A program made the position numbers and the translations under genes. A stretch of 24,167 nt of DNA from a virus (lineage: Duplodnaviria > Caudoviricetes), in the IMG/VR virus record IMGVR_UViG_3300005805_000486, positions 1 to 24,167 of that record; one strand, written 5' to 3'. Below, in pieces: positions 1-10,508 of this stretch (within the stretch, counting starts at the first letter, position 1; each line of letters begins with the position of its first letter). The notes under the pieces are model-generated. The model did no database searches. It was not told the DNA's origin and saw nothing but the letters and a program-made list of their open reading frames with translations.

Positions 1-45
1 GCTCAAAACACCTAACATAAGACATACACACATAAGGAGAATATA

Positions 46-318
46 ATGTCTAATTTACCAGAAATGAAATTACCTGAAGTAAAATTTAACAAGAACGGAT
101 ATGAAATCCGTACAGATATTCTACACCTAGCTAAAGACCTAGTTGCTCAAGAATATACCTACAAATACCAAGGTTGGGAAATGAGCGCCAAGCGTGATGA
201 CAAAACTGGTCAGATTGTTACATCAGTTGGTATGCCTGAGTTTCCAGGACTTGATAAAGTTCTTGAAACTGCTGAAAAAATGTATGCATTTGTTAATGCA
301 GCAGGTGGTAGAAGATAA
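46..318 (+). CDS. Hypothetical phage protein (90 aa)
   Basis: ORF with AAGGAG Shine-Dalgarno at 34-39, followed by a terminator hairpin; no family recognised. Confidence 0.8.
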   Translation: MSNLPEMKLPEVKFNKNGYEIRTDILHLAKDLVAQEYTYKYQGWEMSAKRDDKTGQIVTSVGMPEFPGLDKVLETAEKMYAFVNAAGGRR

Positions 319-355
319 TATCACTGCATAGCAGTTTACATTAATACGTTACGAT

Positions 356-377
356 AAGGGCTCTTCGGAGCCCTTTT
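356..377. terminator. Intrinsic terminator hairpin between convergent genes, possibly bidirectional
   Basis: AAGGGCTC-TTCG-GAGCCCTT stem with C(UUCG)G tetraloop followed by T run, between the stops of ORFs 46-318(+) and 376-990(-). Confidence 0.85.
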
Positions 378-990
378 AATTTGACTTTTCTGTATATTCA
401 GCCTTGTTCCAGCCTATTAAGAACTTTGCCTTCCAATGGTTTTGATCAAATCCTTTTAAGTGTATCCACTCTTCTTTATGCTGTAGAATCTTATTAGCAG
501 CATCAACCCAATCAGTGTGTCTAATTTTAAAATCAAAGCTTATCATTTTTTCAGTAAACTTAAAATAGTTGTAATTATCGTATTCAATATGCAATACCTC
601 AAACATATTACCTTCAGAATCTATACTATCCAGAGCAAAATCAAATCCCCACTTGGCTTTAGTGTTTGCTAATAGTGATGCTTGGGGAATAGCTTTGGAC
701 AAATGATTAAGTTGCTCTAGTGCTTGATCTTCATATCTGCATCTATGAAGAATAAGACAATGATCTATTATGATATCTGTTGTCTCTGATATAAACCAAT
801 CTTGTTGAAAGCACATATGATTAAGACAATTATTAAGAGGGTAATTCATCTTATGGTAAAATAATTGCTCTGCTTGATTTAACTCAAACCCATCTTTATC
901 ATAATATAAAAAGTCTTTTATGTCAAAATAGTTAATAGGCTTATAACAGACAGGATGGCTTAAGGTTTGTACATCTAACCTTTTGAGCAT
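376..990 (-). CDS. Hypothetical protein (204 aa), aromatic/His/Asp-rich
   Basis: ORF translationally coupled (TAATG overlap) to the upstream gene; no family recognised. Confidence 0.75.
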   Translation of the reverse strand: MLKRLDVQTLSHPVCYKPINYFDIKDFLYYDKDGFELNQAEQLFYHKMNYPLNNCLNHMCFQQDWFISETTDIIIDHCLILHRCRYEDQALEQLNHLSKAIPQASLLANTKAKWGFDFALDSIDSEGNMFEVLHIEYDNYNYFKFTEKMISFDFKIRHTDWVDAANKILQHKEEWIHLKGFDQNHWKAKFLIGWNKAEYTEKSN

Positions 991-1565
991 TATCCAATCC
1001 AGATTTGAGGAATATCTGTGCTTCCGCCACCAGCTCCGGCTACAACATAAATTTCACCACTTGTTCCGTTAATAGCTAGTTGTCCATCGTTGCTTTCGAA
1101 TTCTTGTATTAAGAATGTATAATGTTGGTGGAAAGCAGCAGTTCCAAGAGTAAGGCTAGCAGTAGCTATTTCTGGTATTACTGCAAATACTCCACCTAAT
1201 GGTGGACCAACAATTGTTAAAACACCTGTCTCTGTTACAGTAACACCAAACGATTGGCTTGTAGTACCAGATATTGTGACACTACCTTCATGCAATCCTT
1301 CAAAGTACGATTTGTTGCTGTACTCAGTTGGCTCGAGCACAAGCGGACCAGTTTCAACAGAGTATAATTTAAAGAATTGAGTAGTATCTACGTTTATTGT
1401 TATATTGTAGCTAGCTGTTTCTACAGGGCTTTCAAATAAAGGACTCTGTAAGTCTTTTGAACTAATTAATAACTGTAAAGGTCCAGTAGTAACATCAGCA
1501 TATTGGTTAGCACCTACTGCTTCTGCATAGGCAACAACACCAATAGCTTCTGAACCTAATAACAT
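990..1565 (-). CDS. Putative virion structural protein, beta-rich (191 aa)
   Basis: In the tail-associated operon; Thr/Ser/Gly/Val-rich composition. Confidence 0.6.
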   Translation of the reverse strand: MLLGSEAIGVVAYAEAVGANQYADVTTGPLQLLISSKDLQSPLFESPVETASYNITINVDTTQFFKLYSVETGPLVLEPTEYSNKSYFEGLHEGSVTISGTTSQSFGVTVTETGVLTIVGPPLGGVFAVIPEIATASLTLGTAAFHQHYTFLIQEFESNDGQLAINGTSGEIYVVAGAGGGSTDIPQIWIG

Positions 1566-1566
1566 T

Positions 1567-1932
1567 TTAACTAAACACTAAAGAATTTAAAAGAAGCTCT
1601 TCTGAGATCTGTATGATACTTGTTGCATTAAGGCTTATAAAAATAACCTTAAATTCTGTAGTCCAATTTACTGCTTGATTATTGTTACTGCTCGCTTGTA
1701 TTTCTAATCTTGTAACAGTATTAGTCGCTGAATTATAGCGGCCTAAGCCAGTTTCCCATTTTGCGCCGCCAATTTCATTTACGGCATAATCAAATACATC
1801 ATTATTTTGACAAACTGATGCAAAGGTTATAAACCCTACAGCAGCCCCATTTAAAGAATAGTCACCCGTACCCGAGCTGGTACTTGTTTCTTTAACACGG
1901 TCTACTATTTTTTTATCTGATAAATTTGCCAT
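1567..1932 (-). CDS. Small phage tail-associated protein (DRVKET..TG..L.GA..GF family)
   Basis: N-terminal DRVKETSTSSGTGDYSLNGAAVGF and WETGLG motifs resemble a common phage tail-associated family. Confidence 0.6.
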   Translation of the reverse strand: MANLSDKKIVDRVKETSTSSGTGDYSLNGAAVGFITFASVCQNNDVFDYAVNEIGGAKWETGLGRYNSATNTVTRLEIQASSNNNQAVNWTTEFKVIFISLNATSIIQISEELLLNSLVFS

Positions 1933-2336
1933 TATGGATTATTCAATGATAATGTAAGTAAAATTCTAATTTCATCGCCGTTATTTAAAACAGTAATAGG
2001 AGCATTTGCAAACCTATTAGCAAAAATTAATAATCCTGAGGTTGCTTGAACTACATAATATCCATAAATTGCGCCAGCTGCTCCAGTAAACGCGAATGTT
2101 ATCTGTGGAAAAGCTGCTGTACTAGGATCACCTGGAGTATAAACAAAATCGTTTGGTGTTAAAGTAACGGCTGCATAACCATATCCAGAAACTTCAGTGT
2201 AGTCTGCTGTGACATCAGTTTTGGCGGGAACTTTATTATTTGAAAAAAGACGTAATTCAAGTGTTTGGGGCTGAGTATGATTAAGAATATTCTTTAATGC
2301 AATAAGCTCACCTGAGTTTGTAAAGACAATGGCCAT
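1932..2336 (-). CDS. Small tail/tail-fibre-associated beta protein (134 aa)
   Basis: L.LF...P......YTEVSG.GYAAV.L....ITF pattern typical of small phage minor tail proteins; preceded by TAAATA motif. Confidence 0.6.
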   Translation of the reverse strand: MAIVFTNSGELIALKNILNHTQPQTLELRLFSNNKVPAKTDVTADYTEVSGYGYAAVTLTPNDFVYTPGDPSTAAFPQITFAFTGAAGAIYGYYVVQATSGLLIFANRFANAPITVLNNGDEIRILLTLSLNNP

Positions 2337-2368
2337 AAGTAATCTACCTTATAATTTAATGTATTTAT

Positions 2369-3643
2369 TTAGATATATCGTTTACTAAAGTTAATATCTG
2401 CTGCTGTAGCCGACAGCATCGTTACCCTAAGTATTAAATTCCCGCCTGAGATAGCTGCTGAAAAGGTAGCTAAAGAAGCCTGTGTTTCTATTACACCATA
2501 TTCTGAAATAAAAGCTTGTGTATTATTATGTGTAACCAATATTTCACTAGTCTGGAAATTAGAGCCTTGATTTATGCTAACTAAGTATTTGGCACTTCGA
2601 TGTGCGCTGATAGACCAACTATCAACGTTGGTCATAGCTGTTGTTGCTAAAGACACTGTACCAGTTTCTTCAATAGCTAAGTTAGCCACGGATGAAGCTA
2701 TGCCTGCTGCCGATATAAAGTTATATTTAAACTCAACGCTAAGTCCATATCCTGGTTGAGCATTACTACCTACATTATAAACATCTACAGTAAGAAAATC
2801 GTCTACAGCCATACTAATTGATACATTAACTTCTTCTTTCATATCTCCAGCTAACATTGTAACGGATTGAACAATTACTCCACTTTTTCTTACTCTAAAT
2901 TGTATTGTATCATCACCTGCTACAGCTAATCTACCTATTATTTTGCTTATTACTAAAGCATATGGAGCATACCATCTAGTAGTACCATTTTTGATTGTCA
3001 GGTTACCGTCTTGATACATAAAGACACTTTTTTCAGGAGTACCAAATATTATTTGCTTATCGGGGCTAGCATATGGATCTGTATTAATTGTTATACCAGG
3101 TCCAGCTACAAACTCAATAGTATCTAAACCACTAGCAACTAAGTCATCTTCACCAGCGACTTTCCAAGTTTTGAAAGTGCTGTTCATTTGAATTTTAATT
3201 TCACCGTTGCCGAGATCAACAACATCAAACCCGCTATCACTATCGAATCTTATTGTAGTTACATTATCTACTTCGTTAGCTATGACATTTAGCCCATCTA
3301 TATTGCTGACAGTTAATCCAGATTGATTTACAGTCCAGTTCCCTTCGGCATTAGGCATAGCCCCAGTGCTAGCACTTCTGGATTCTCCAGTAAGTAAATT
3401 ATATCGATAGTACAGACCTCCTACCCTTACAGTAGGGCCAGAAGTGTATCCTGACTTAAGATAAACTAGCATACCTTCTTCAAGTCTTTGCCCGGTTATA
3501 TCTGTTAAACGATCACCTAAAGATCCAGATACTGTTCGTAGGCTTCCTCGTATTTCTGTATCTAATACAATAGGATGGCTAGCAGTCGGGCTAAACGTAC
3601 CCGTCCACAGATTTCGCGTTAAACCACTATAATCACTAGACAT
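2369..3643 (-). CDS. Modular fibre/decoration protein (424 aa) with C-terminal beta-sandwich
   Basis: C-terminal DSW...RSAKYLV.I...FQTSEILVTHN...ISEYG domain resembling T4-like fibre tips; shared AG.D..IEFVAG.GI stalk motif. Confidence 0.65.
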   Translation of the reverse strand: MSSDYSGLTRNLWTGTFSPTASHPIVLDTEIRGSLRTVSGSLGDRLTDITGQRLEEGMLVYLKSGYTSGPTVRVGGLYYRYNLLTGESRSASTGAMPNAEGNWTVNQSGLTVSNIDGLNVIANEVDNVTTIRFDSDSGFDVVDLGNGEIKIQMNSTFKTWKVAGEDDLVASGLDTIEFVAGPGITINTDPYASPDKQIIFGTPEKSVFMYQDGNLTIKNGTTRWYAPYALVISKIIGRLAVAGDDTIQFRVRKSGVIVQSVTMLAGDMKEEVNVSISMAVDDFLTVDVYNVGSNAQPGYGLSVEFKYNFISAAGIASSVANLAIEETGTVSLATTAMTNVDSWSISAHRSAKYLVSINQGSNFQTSEILVTHNNTQAFISEYGVIETQASLATFSAAISGGNLILRVTMLSATAADINFSKRYI

Positions 3644-5172
3644 TATGAAATACTCACATATGTATCACCAGGCTGAAGTATTATGCCATAAAGACTATAA
3701 GCTTCAGCAGTATATCCTCCTGGAAGACTATCTGGCTGTAAACTTACACTAGAAGTAGTATAAGATGTATTAGTTAGCAACGATGCACTAGGACCAGTTT
3801 GAAAACTAGTAGGTTGGCTAGCTGCTGTTCTAACAGCGAACCAAAATACCTTAGGAGTTATATTAGGATTATTTACAGTGCCTGCAAATGTTTTAACCTG
3901 ATTGCCTAACACTGTGACAGGTGCCTCAAATCCTGTACCAAAAACAATGTCTCCATTGCTAGGAGGATTTCCTGTACTGGCTGTAAAAATCCAAAAACTA
4001 GGATAAGTGAATGACGCTGTTAAAGTTAAATCCGTGGTCGTTAATTGTGCTGTATAACTACTGCCTGTAACAGTAGCAGGTCTTGTAAATGTTGTAGTTA
4101 AGCTTAATGTTCTTGCTGTTCCTGTATTATCTTTATGTATAGCGGTAGTAAAATTGAATGTGCCTGAACCGCTGGCATTGGTTACTGTTCCACCAGTTGG
4201 AGTAACTGCGTGACTTACATTGGCTCCATTACTTATTCCTGTTACTGCTACTGTGTATGCAGTGCTTGCATAGCTTTGTAGGAAAGTGTTTCCACTTAGG
4301 TTAGTCATATTAATACTATTAGTTGGCGTTGCCCAAGTAACTGCAACTGTAGAATTGCCACTTCCGTATAAAGCAGTAGTAGTTCCATTATAATAGTTGT
4401 AAGCTACAGTAATACTAGCTGACCCTCCAGTAATACCTGATGTAGAATTTGGCCTAATATAGCTATCGCCATCGGTACTGAATGTCTGAGTCCAGTCGAC
4501 ACCTCCAGCAGGACTAGCACTTTTAGCTCCTGCACTAAATGTATTCAATGCACTAGCTGTTCCTGTTGTGGCTGTTACACTGGCTACGTCATTAATGTAT
4601 TCTGAGGTATAATCAGCAGGATTATCTACAGTAACAGTAAAGCCAGTGCAAGGTGCATCCCAATTTAAGCTAGAGCCTGGAGTAGCTGCGCTGGCTAAAG
4701 CTGGGGTAAATGTTGCTAAATTTAATCTTAATAAGTTGTTATAAAATTCAGCTGTTCTTACTGTATAAGTACTTCCTGATTCTTGATAACCGGTCAATGT
4801 TCTATAATCACCATTTGTTGTAAAAATTAGTGGATTGGCCGCTAATGAATTTAAACTGACAACTAAATTACCTTCAGCGTCAGTAATTACACTTATACCT
4901 CCAGTACCAGAAACCTTAACAGTTTCACCTCTATTGATAGTTCTCTGTGTACTATCGTCACCGGCAATATTAAATGAAAAATCAGGAGGAAGGTTAGTGA
5001 GATCTTTGTAACTATTGCTTATAGCAATTATACTTTCTGATCCGTTTACATCAGTTTTTAGGAATAGTTTTCCATCGTGGGTATTGACAGCTAACTCACC
5101 AAGAACAAGGTCGCTGGTTTGTGGCGACCTTCCTGGTGTAGATGTACGTTTAAGTTTTAATAGATTTGCCAT
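3643..5172 (-). CDS. Tail fibre/spike-like protein (509 aa) with Mtd_N-like N-terminus
   Basis: N-terminal LKLKRTS.PG..P....L..GELAVNT.DGKLF; Thr/Ser-rich beta domains. Confidence 0.7.
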   Translation of the reverse strand: MANLLKLKRTSTPGRSPQTSDLVLGELAVNTHDGKLFLKTDVNGSESIIAISNSYKDLTNLPPDFSFNIAGDDSTQRTINRGETVKVSGTGGISVITDAEGNLVVSLNSLAANPLIFTTNGDYRTLTGYQESGSTYTVRTAEFYNNLLRLNLATFTPALASAATPGSSLNWDAPCTGFTVTVDNPADYTSEYINDVASVTATTGTASALNTFSAGAKSASPAGGVDWTQTFSTDGDSYIRPNSTSGITGGSASITVAYNYYNGTTTALYGSGNSTVAVTWATPTNSINMTNLSGNTFLQSYASTAYTVAVTGISNGANVSHAVTPTGGTVTNASGSGTFNFTTAIHKDNTGTARTLSLTTTFTRPATVTGSSYTAQLTTTDLTLTASFTYPSFWIFTASTGNPPSNGDIVFGTGFEAPVTVLGNQVKTFAGTVNNPNITPKVFWFAVRTAASQPTSFQTGPSASLLTNTSYTTSSVSLQPDSLPGGYTAEAYSLYGIILQPGDTYVSIS

Positions 5173-5179
5173 TTACCAA

Positions 5180-8100
5180 TTAGAAAGTTCCGCCATCAAA
5201 ATCGCCATACACAAGATCTGTTCCTGCTGCGTTAACCTGTAAAAACTTCCCTGCTGCGCCCATTGTTAATTTACTTAAACTTCCACCAATATTTCCATAT
5301 AATAAATCACCGCTTGCGTAGGTTGTATGGCCAGTGCCGCCATATCCTGCTTGCACTGTGCTACCATTCCAGGTACCAGTTGTAATTGTTCCTAATGTTG
5401 TAATAGTATTTTGACCGATATATGTACTAGCGATGTCAACTGCATCTGCACTAACAGTTATTCTATCTGTAGTTCCAACAACATTAAGCACCCCAGAAGT
5501 GTATGTTAAGCCATCACCTGCTACACTACTCTTTAATTGTAAAGCATCAGCACTAATCTCAATACCACCGCTAGCTGCTACAACAACGTCAAGTCTGTTA
5601 CCAGTCTTTGATAATGCATCACCTGCTGTTATCTGCCCAGCACCGCTAAACTGTGTAAATGTTAATGGATCAGTGCCTACTACTAGTGGGTTATTACTTG
5701 TTATAACAAAGCCATTATCAGCATTTACTGTACCTTCTTCGACGAAAAAGAATACACCAGCAGTTACTTCATACGGTTCGTCGAAATCTGTAGCTCTTGT
5801 CCAAGCACCGTTTGCAACTACATATACACCGTTTTCACTTGCAGTAGCTTGGTCTTTAACAAGCACACGATCTCCAACCACTAAGGCAACACCGTCAATT
5901 GTTTGGGTATTGCTACGAGTAATTGGCCCTGTTGTAGCAGCACGTACACTTTGTTTTACATCTAAGCCACTACGTGATGCATCAACATAATCTTTTGTAG
6001 CTGCATCTGTTCCTTGTGTTGGTGTGCCTAGACTTGTAATTCGAGCACTGTTAACATCAACAGTTCCAGTGCCATTTGGATTTAGGCTAATATTTCCATT
6101 TGCATCAGTGCTACTAATTTCATTACCATCTACACGAATGTTATCAACGTCTAACTGCTGTAACCCAGCAAGAGTTAAATCAGTACTACCTAAATCTAAA
6201 ACTGTAGTTCCTAATGTAATACTTTTTGCACTAACTGCACCAGTGGTTACTGTAAAGTTATTAGTGTCAAAGCTAGCAATACCTTTTGTAGTTGTTGTAG
6301 CATCGTTAATAGCGACATCGCCACTAGTTACTGTAAAATAAGTTGGACTGAAGCTAGCAATACCTTTATTGGCACTACTGGCATCTTCGCCGGCAATAGT
6401 TATTGATGTGCCAGCGTGAGTAACATCCATTCCTTCTCCGCCAAGCACTGATACAGCATTGCCAGTAATAGTCATTGCACCGGAATCTGTTGTGATCCCT
6501 TGAACTACATTAGCTTTTAAGCTTACCGCTCCTGTGTTAAGATCGAATCCACTAGTATTAAAACTAGCGATACCTTTTGTAGTTGTTGTTGCATCGTTAA
6601 TAGCAACGTCACCACTAGTTACTGTAAAGTAACTTGGGCTAAAGCTAGCGATACCTTTATTATTGCTGGCTGCATCTTCACCACTGATTGTTACTGTATT
6701 ATTTGTTACAGCAACATCCATTCCTTCGCCGCCACTAAACGTTAGAGTGTCGGTTAATAATGAAACTGTATCAGTGCCAGTATCGCCAGCAATGCTTAAA
6801 TTTGTACTAATGGTGGTAAATGTAACATTTCCATTTCCGTCAGTAATTAACGCCTGACCCGCAGTTCCATCTACAGTTGGAAATGAATATTCATTATTAA
6901 TTGTTAATACACCATTGATGCCAGTATCAGCATCAACAATCACATCTTGATTTCCAGTTGGGTCAATGTAAATATTGCCTGTAGTGCTGCTAATTGTGTT
7001 ACCACTAATAGTGATATTATTAGCAACAACACCGTTTCCACTAATAGTAGTTACATTAGCTCCACTTGTAAATGTAAATCCAGTTGTGTTATTAACATTG
7101 AATTCTGGTGCATTAAATGTAACATTACCAGTTGCGAAATCTACGCTGAAGTAATCACCAATTCTAAAATTACCACTTTGGTCTACACTGTTATAATATA
7201 CTCTACCATTATTAGCTTCAATAACCTCATCGGCCTGGACAACAGCTGATTTATTGTTTGTTAAATCAGCACCAGTTCCAATATAAGCAAAATTATGTGC
7301 CATTAAATGAATATAAACGTCGTCACCATCGGCTCTTACGCCTTGGTTACCATATACGTTTGCGCTACTAATGCTGCGCATTTCAGCAGCGAATTCACCA
7401 CGATCATAGCGTACAACTCTAACAGCACTTGCACCTGATATGCTTCCACTAATACCACCTGCTGGAGTGAAATCTTTACCTTCTAAGGTATTAAGACTAC
7501 CGTCAATAACAACAGTAGTTCCACTATTCTCTACACTTTCTACTGTGAATGTAACATCTGTGCTATCTACATAGTCCAATGTAACTACGTCACCTGCTTG
7601 GAACGCACCAGTTACATTACCAAATGTAATACGTGTTTTACCATCACCACCACGTCCAGCAGCTCCAACAACACCTTCAATGGCTAAATCAGCAAAATAA
7701 GTAAAGCAATTTAACCATTCTACCCTAGCACCGTTGGTCATGATTAAGCCGCGGCTATTAGGAACAATAAATGTACATTCGTTAAACAGCATAGCTGCTT
7801 CTAAACTAGCACGAGTAACACGACTACCATCTACATACGCACCACGTCCAGCATTATTACTTAAAAATCCATAAGGATCGTTGCTGTTAGCCCCTGATCC
7901 TTTGTTGAATACAGTGACATTTCTAATGTATGGGCTTCTACTTGTAACACTAACCATTGCGGCTGTGTTGTATCTAAATGCATATCCAGTATTAGCTCCA
8001 CTGTTATAACGCATATCAGCAATGGTAAGATCTTCAATAGTTGTCTCACCGTTCAATAAGAAACAGTCATTTGTATTTGTTAATGCAGTAGGAGTAATCT

Positions 8101-10189
8101 TTGTAGCACGTACACCGGCTCCACGTACTGTAATACCAGCTGGAACAGTTAACGGAAATACTTCTTGGTATGTTCCAGGTAAAACTTGAATAGTATCACC
8201 AGCTGAAGCTTGTGTTAAAGCATATGCAATTGTTAAAAATGCAGTGTTTAACCTACGACCGTCATTAGAGTTGCTGCCACTATCGGCACTAACATAAAAT
8301 GTATCCCCGTTATATGCAGTCCAGTTTTGTCCGCCAATTAAAACTTGCCCGGTGCCATTTGGGCTAATCTCGATATTACCATTAACGCCGTCATTGATCT
8401 TAATAAATCCACTGTCGGTTCCACCATTTGTGTTTAATAAAAGATCAGTAGCACCTACTGTGCTAATAGTGCTGCCATTAATATTAATATTATCTACAGT
8501 TAAATCACCAGTTAACGATAAAGCGCCGGTACCAGTGTTAAAGGTAAAGTTAGCACTGTCAACTAATTGACCTGCTGTGCCAGCAAATGTTACTCTGCCC
8601 GAAGTTAAGTCACTAACTTTGGCACTAGCTAAAGTTGCTAATGTGCCAATGCTAAGATTAGGTGTTGTTAAAGTATCAGTAGAATCATTAAATGTTAAGT
8701 CAGCGCTATCAACTACTGCTCCGCTAGTGCCAGCAAATGTTACACGCCCAGCTGTTAAATCACTAATGATTGCACTAGCTAGGGTAGCTTCTGTACCAAC
8801 GCTAACATTTGGAACCGTTAAAGTATTACTTGTCTTATTATATGTTAAATCACCGTCGTCTTCTAATTTTCCGGAAGCTCCTGCAAAAGTAACTCGGCCA
8901 GATGTTAAATCACTTGCGGTTACACTTGCAAATGTAGCGTTTGTAGTGACATTAATATTAGGAACGGTAATAGTGTTTGATGTGCTATTATATGTTAAAT
9001 CACTGTCGTCTATTAAAGCGCCACTTGCTCCAACAAAAACCATTCTTCCAGCAGTTAAGTCTGTAATTTGCAGCTCTGCGCCTGTAGCAATGACCACATC
9101 ACCTGTTCCGTTTGGATCTAAAGTGATATTTCCGTTACTATTTGTACTACTAATTGTGTTACCATTTAGATCTAAGTTATCAACAGCTAACTGAGTTAAC
9201 CCTGCTATTGCTGTAGTTGTACTTCCTAAGTCTAATGTGCTTGAACCTAGTGTAATACTTTTTGCACTAACTGCACCACTACTTACGGTGAAATTTGCTG
9301 TGGCAAAACTTGCGGCACCTTTTGTTGTAGTTGTAGCATCTGCAATACTAAATGTTATTTTATTACTTGCAGGCACACTAGTTGTACTAATAGCACCAAC
9401 ACCTTCAAGATCTAGTGTCTCTGAAAGCAAATCAATTGATGTATTAGAACCGCTATCGCCACTAATGTTTAAAGTTGTTACAGGACTAGCCCAAGTTGCA
9501 TTACCTGATCCGTCGGCAGTTAAAACTTGATTAGCTGTACCTGCTCCTCTTGGTAGATACCAAGTGTTTGCAATTTTAACTTGACCTGTACCATTTGGGT
9601 TAAGATCTAAGTTACCGTTGGTATCAGTTGTACTAATAACATTTCCATCTAGGCTAATGTTATCTGCTTGAAAACTCCCTGTTACTGCTAATGCTCCTGT
9701 TCCTGAGTTGAAGGTAAAATTTGTGTTATCTACAAGAGCACCATTGGCACCTACAAAAAGTACTCTTCCTGATGTTAAGTCTGTTACTTGTAACTCAGCG
9801 CCTGACGAAACAACAACGTCACCAGTTCCATTTGGATCCAGTATAATATTACCATTGCTATCTGTACTGCTAATTGTGTTACCATTAAAGTCTAGGTTAT
9901 CTACTTTTAAATTATCTAACTTGCTATTAGCATCAGCAATAAGTGCGCTGCTGGCAGTTAGCGTACCGTGGACATGATCCATCATATCCGTAAAATATTT
10001 TCCACCAATTACAATTGGAGCTCCAGAAGCGCCGTTAATATCGTTACCCGCTCCCAAACCACCAACGAAAACTCGATCTCCGCTGTTGTTTTGTGCTCCT
10101 ACTCCAAAGGTAACTGCAAGTTCACCGGTGTTTAATGATCCAGGTGCATTTGCATTTAAACTTCTTTTAATTTTTAATGTTGATGCCAT
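5180..10189 (-). CDS. Giant repetitive fibre/spike protein (1669 aa) with central pectin-lyase-like beta-helix
   Basis: N-terminal LKIKRS...GELA; repeated DNL..NGNTISST..NGNI.L.PNGTG and DLTSGRVTFAG units; YVSADSGSNSNDG...AFLTIAYAL..A.AGDTIQV.PGTYQE beta-helix start; DAATKDYVD neck; GLDVKQSVRAAT...GDRVLVKDQ...ENGVYVV domain; GGAG SD. Confidence 0.8.
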   Translation of the reverse strand: MASTLKIKRSLNANAPGSLNTGELAVTFGVGAQNNSGDRVFVGGLGAGNDINGASGAPIVIGGKYFTDMMDHVHGTLTASSALIADANSKLDNLKVDNLDFNGNTISSTDSNGNIILDPNGTGDVVVSSGAELQVTDLTSGRVLFVGANGALVDNTNFTFNSGTGALAVTGSFQADNISLDGNVISTTDTNGNLDLNPNGTGQVKIANTWYLPRGAGTANQVLTADGSGNATWASPVTTLNISGDSGSNTSIDLLSETLDLEGVGAISTTSVPASNKITFSIADATTTTKGAASFATANFTVSSGAVSAKSITLGSSTLDLGSTTTAIAGLTQLAVDNLDLNGNTISSTNSNGNITLDPNGTGDVVIATGAELQITDLTAGRMVFVGASGALIDDSDLTYNSTSNTITVPNINVTTNATFASVTASDLTSGRVTFAGASGKLEDDGDLTYNKTSNTLTVPNVSVGTEATLASAIISDLTAGRVTFAGTSGAVVDSADLTFNDSTDTLTTPNLSIGTLATLASAKVSDLTSGRVTFAGTAGQLVDSANFTFNTGTGALSLTGDLTVDNININGSTISTVGATDLLLNTNGGTDSGFIKINDGVNGNIEISPNGTGQVLIGGQNWTAYNGDTFYVSADSGSNSNDGRRLNTAFLTIAYALTQASAGDTIQVLPGTYQEVFPLTVPAGITVRGAGVRATKITPTALTNTNDCFLLNGETTIEDLTIADMRYNSGANTGYAFRYNTAAMVSVTSRSPYIRNVTVFNKGSGANSNDPYGFLSNNAGRGAYVDGSRVTRASLEAAMLFNECTFIVPNSRGLIMTNGARVEWLNCFTYFADLAIEGVVGAAGRGGDGKTRITFGNVTGAFQAGDVVTLDYVDSTDVTFTVESVENSGTTVVIDGSLNTLEGKDFTPAGGISGSISGASAVRVVRYDRGEFAAEMRSISSANVYGNQGVRADGDDVYIHLMAHNFAYIGTGADLTNNKSAVVQADEVIEANNGRVYYNSVDQSGNFRIGDYFSVDFATGNVTFNAPEFNVNNTTGFTFTSGANVTTISGNGVVANNITISGNTISSTTGNIYIDPTGNQDVIVDADTGINGVLTINNEYSFPTVDGTAGQALITDGNGNVTFTTISTNLSIAGDTGTDTVSLLTDTLTFSGGEGMDVAVTNNTVTISGEDAASNNKGIASFSPSYFTVTSGDVAINDATTTTKGIASFNTSGFDLNTGAVSLKANVVQGITTDSGAMTITGNAVSVLGGEGMDVTHAGTSITIAGEDASSANKGIASFSPTYFTVTSGDVAINDATTTTKGIASFDTNNFTVTTGAVSAKSITLGTTVLDLGSTDLTLAGLQQLDVDNIRVDGNEISSTDANGNISLNPNGTGTVDVNSARITSLGTPTQGTDAATKDYVDASRSGLDVKQSVRAATTGPITRSNTQTIDGVALVVGDRVLVKDQATASENGVYVVANGAWTRATDFDEPYEVTAGVFFFVEEGTVNADNGFVITSNNPLVVGTDPLTFTQFSGAGQITAGDALSKTGNRLDVVVAASGGIEISADALQLKSSVAGDGLTYTSGVLNVVGTTDRITVSADAVDIASTYIGQNTITTLGTITTGTWNGSTVQAGYGGTGHTTYASGDLLYGNIGGSLSKLTMGAAGKFLQVNAAGTDLVYGDFDGGTF
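6269..6760 (-). repeat. Duplicated coding block (GGEGMDV...EDA...NKGIASFSP.YFTVTSGDVAINDATTTTKGIASF), about 291-nt offset
   Basis: 6270-6370 and 6561-6662 are near-identical with mostly synonymous differences. Confidence 0.8.
8530..9070 (-). repeat. Four tandem 150-nt (50-aa) coding repeats, DLT[SA]GR[VM].F.G..G.L.D
   Basis: Equivalent GTTAA[AG]TC words at about 8604, 8754, 8904 and 9054 (exact 150-nt period); fifth dispersed copy near 9774. Confidence 0.85.
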
Positions 10190-10208
10190 TTAAATCGCTC
10201 CGATTTTT

Positions 10209-10508
10209 TTAAAAATATCCGCCGTCCATAACTTGTTTATTCAGATCTATGGTGTCTACCCACTTATTTATGCTAGTTTGGTAAACCATTACTGACCCAT
10301 CTATTGGACTTGTACTAATTTGAACATCGAATAAATTAGCAAGAGTTCCTTGATCTGTAAAAGGTAGTAAGTTCCAAGGCCTAACCCCATCACCTACTTT
10401 AAACCTGTAATTTGTTGTATCTACTGCAATTTCACCCTCTGCTAGTATAGGGTTTTGACTTGACCATAAACTTGCCGGTCCTCTTCTAAGTTGAATTTGA
10501 ATAGCCAT
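10209..10508 (-). CDS. Stand-alone Mtd_N-like (major tropism determinant N-terminal type) adaptor protein (99 aa)
   Basis: IQIQLRRG.AS.W.S.NPILAEGEIAVDTT..RFKVGDG..PWN.LPF is the typical Mtd_N-like pattern; ends DGGYF. Confidence 0.8.
   Translation of the reverse strand: MAIQIQLRRGPASLWSSQNPILAEGEIAVDTTNYRFKVGDGVRPWNLLPFTDQGTLANLFDVQISTSPIDGSVMVYQTSINKWVDTIDLNKQVMDGGYF

Noticed and set aside
8530-9070. CRISPR-like periodic array
   Set aside because: 150-nt in-frame coding repeats with degenerate third positions, no identical repeat/unique spacer structure, no cas genes
10209-10508. Diversity-generating retroelement suggested by Mtd_N-like domains
   Set aside because: No reverse transcriptase in the window and no repeat pair differing specifically at adenines; the duplicated blocks differ mostly at synonymous sites
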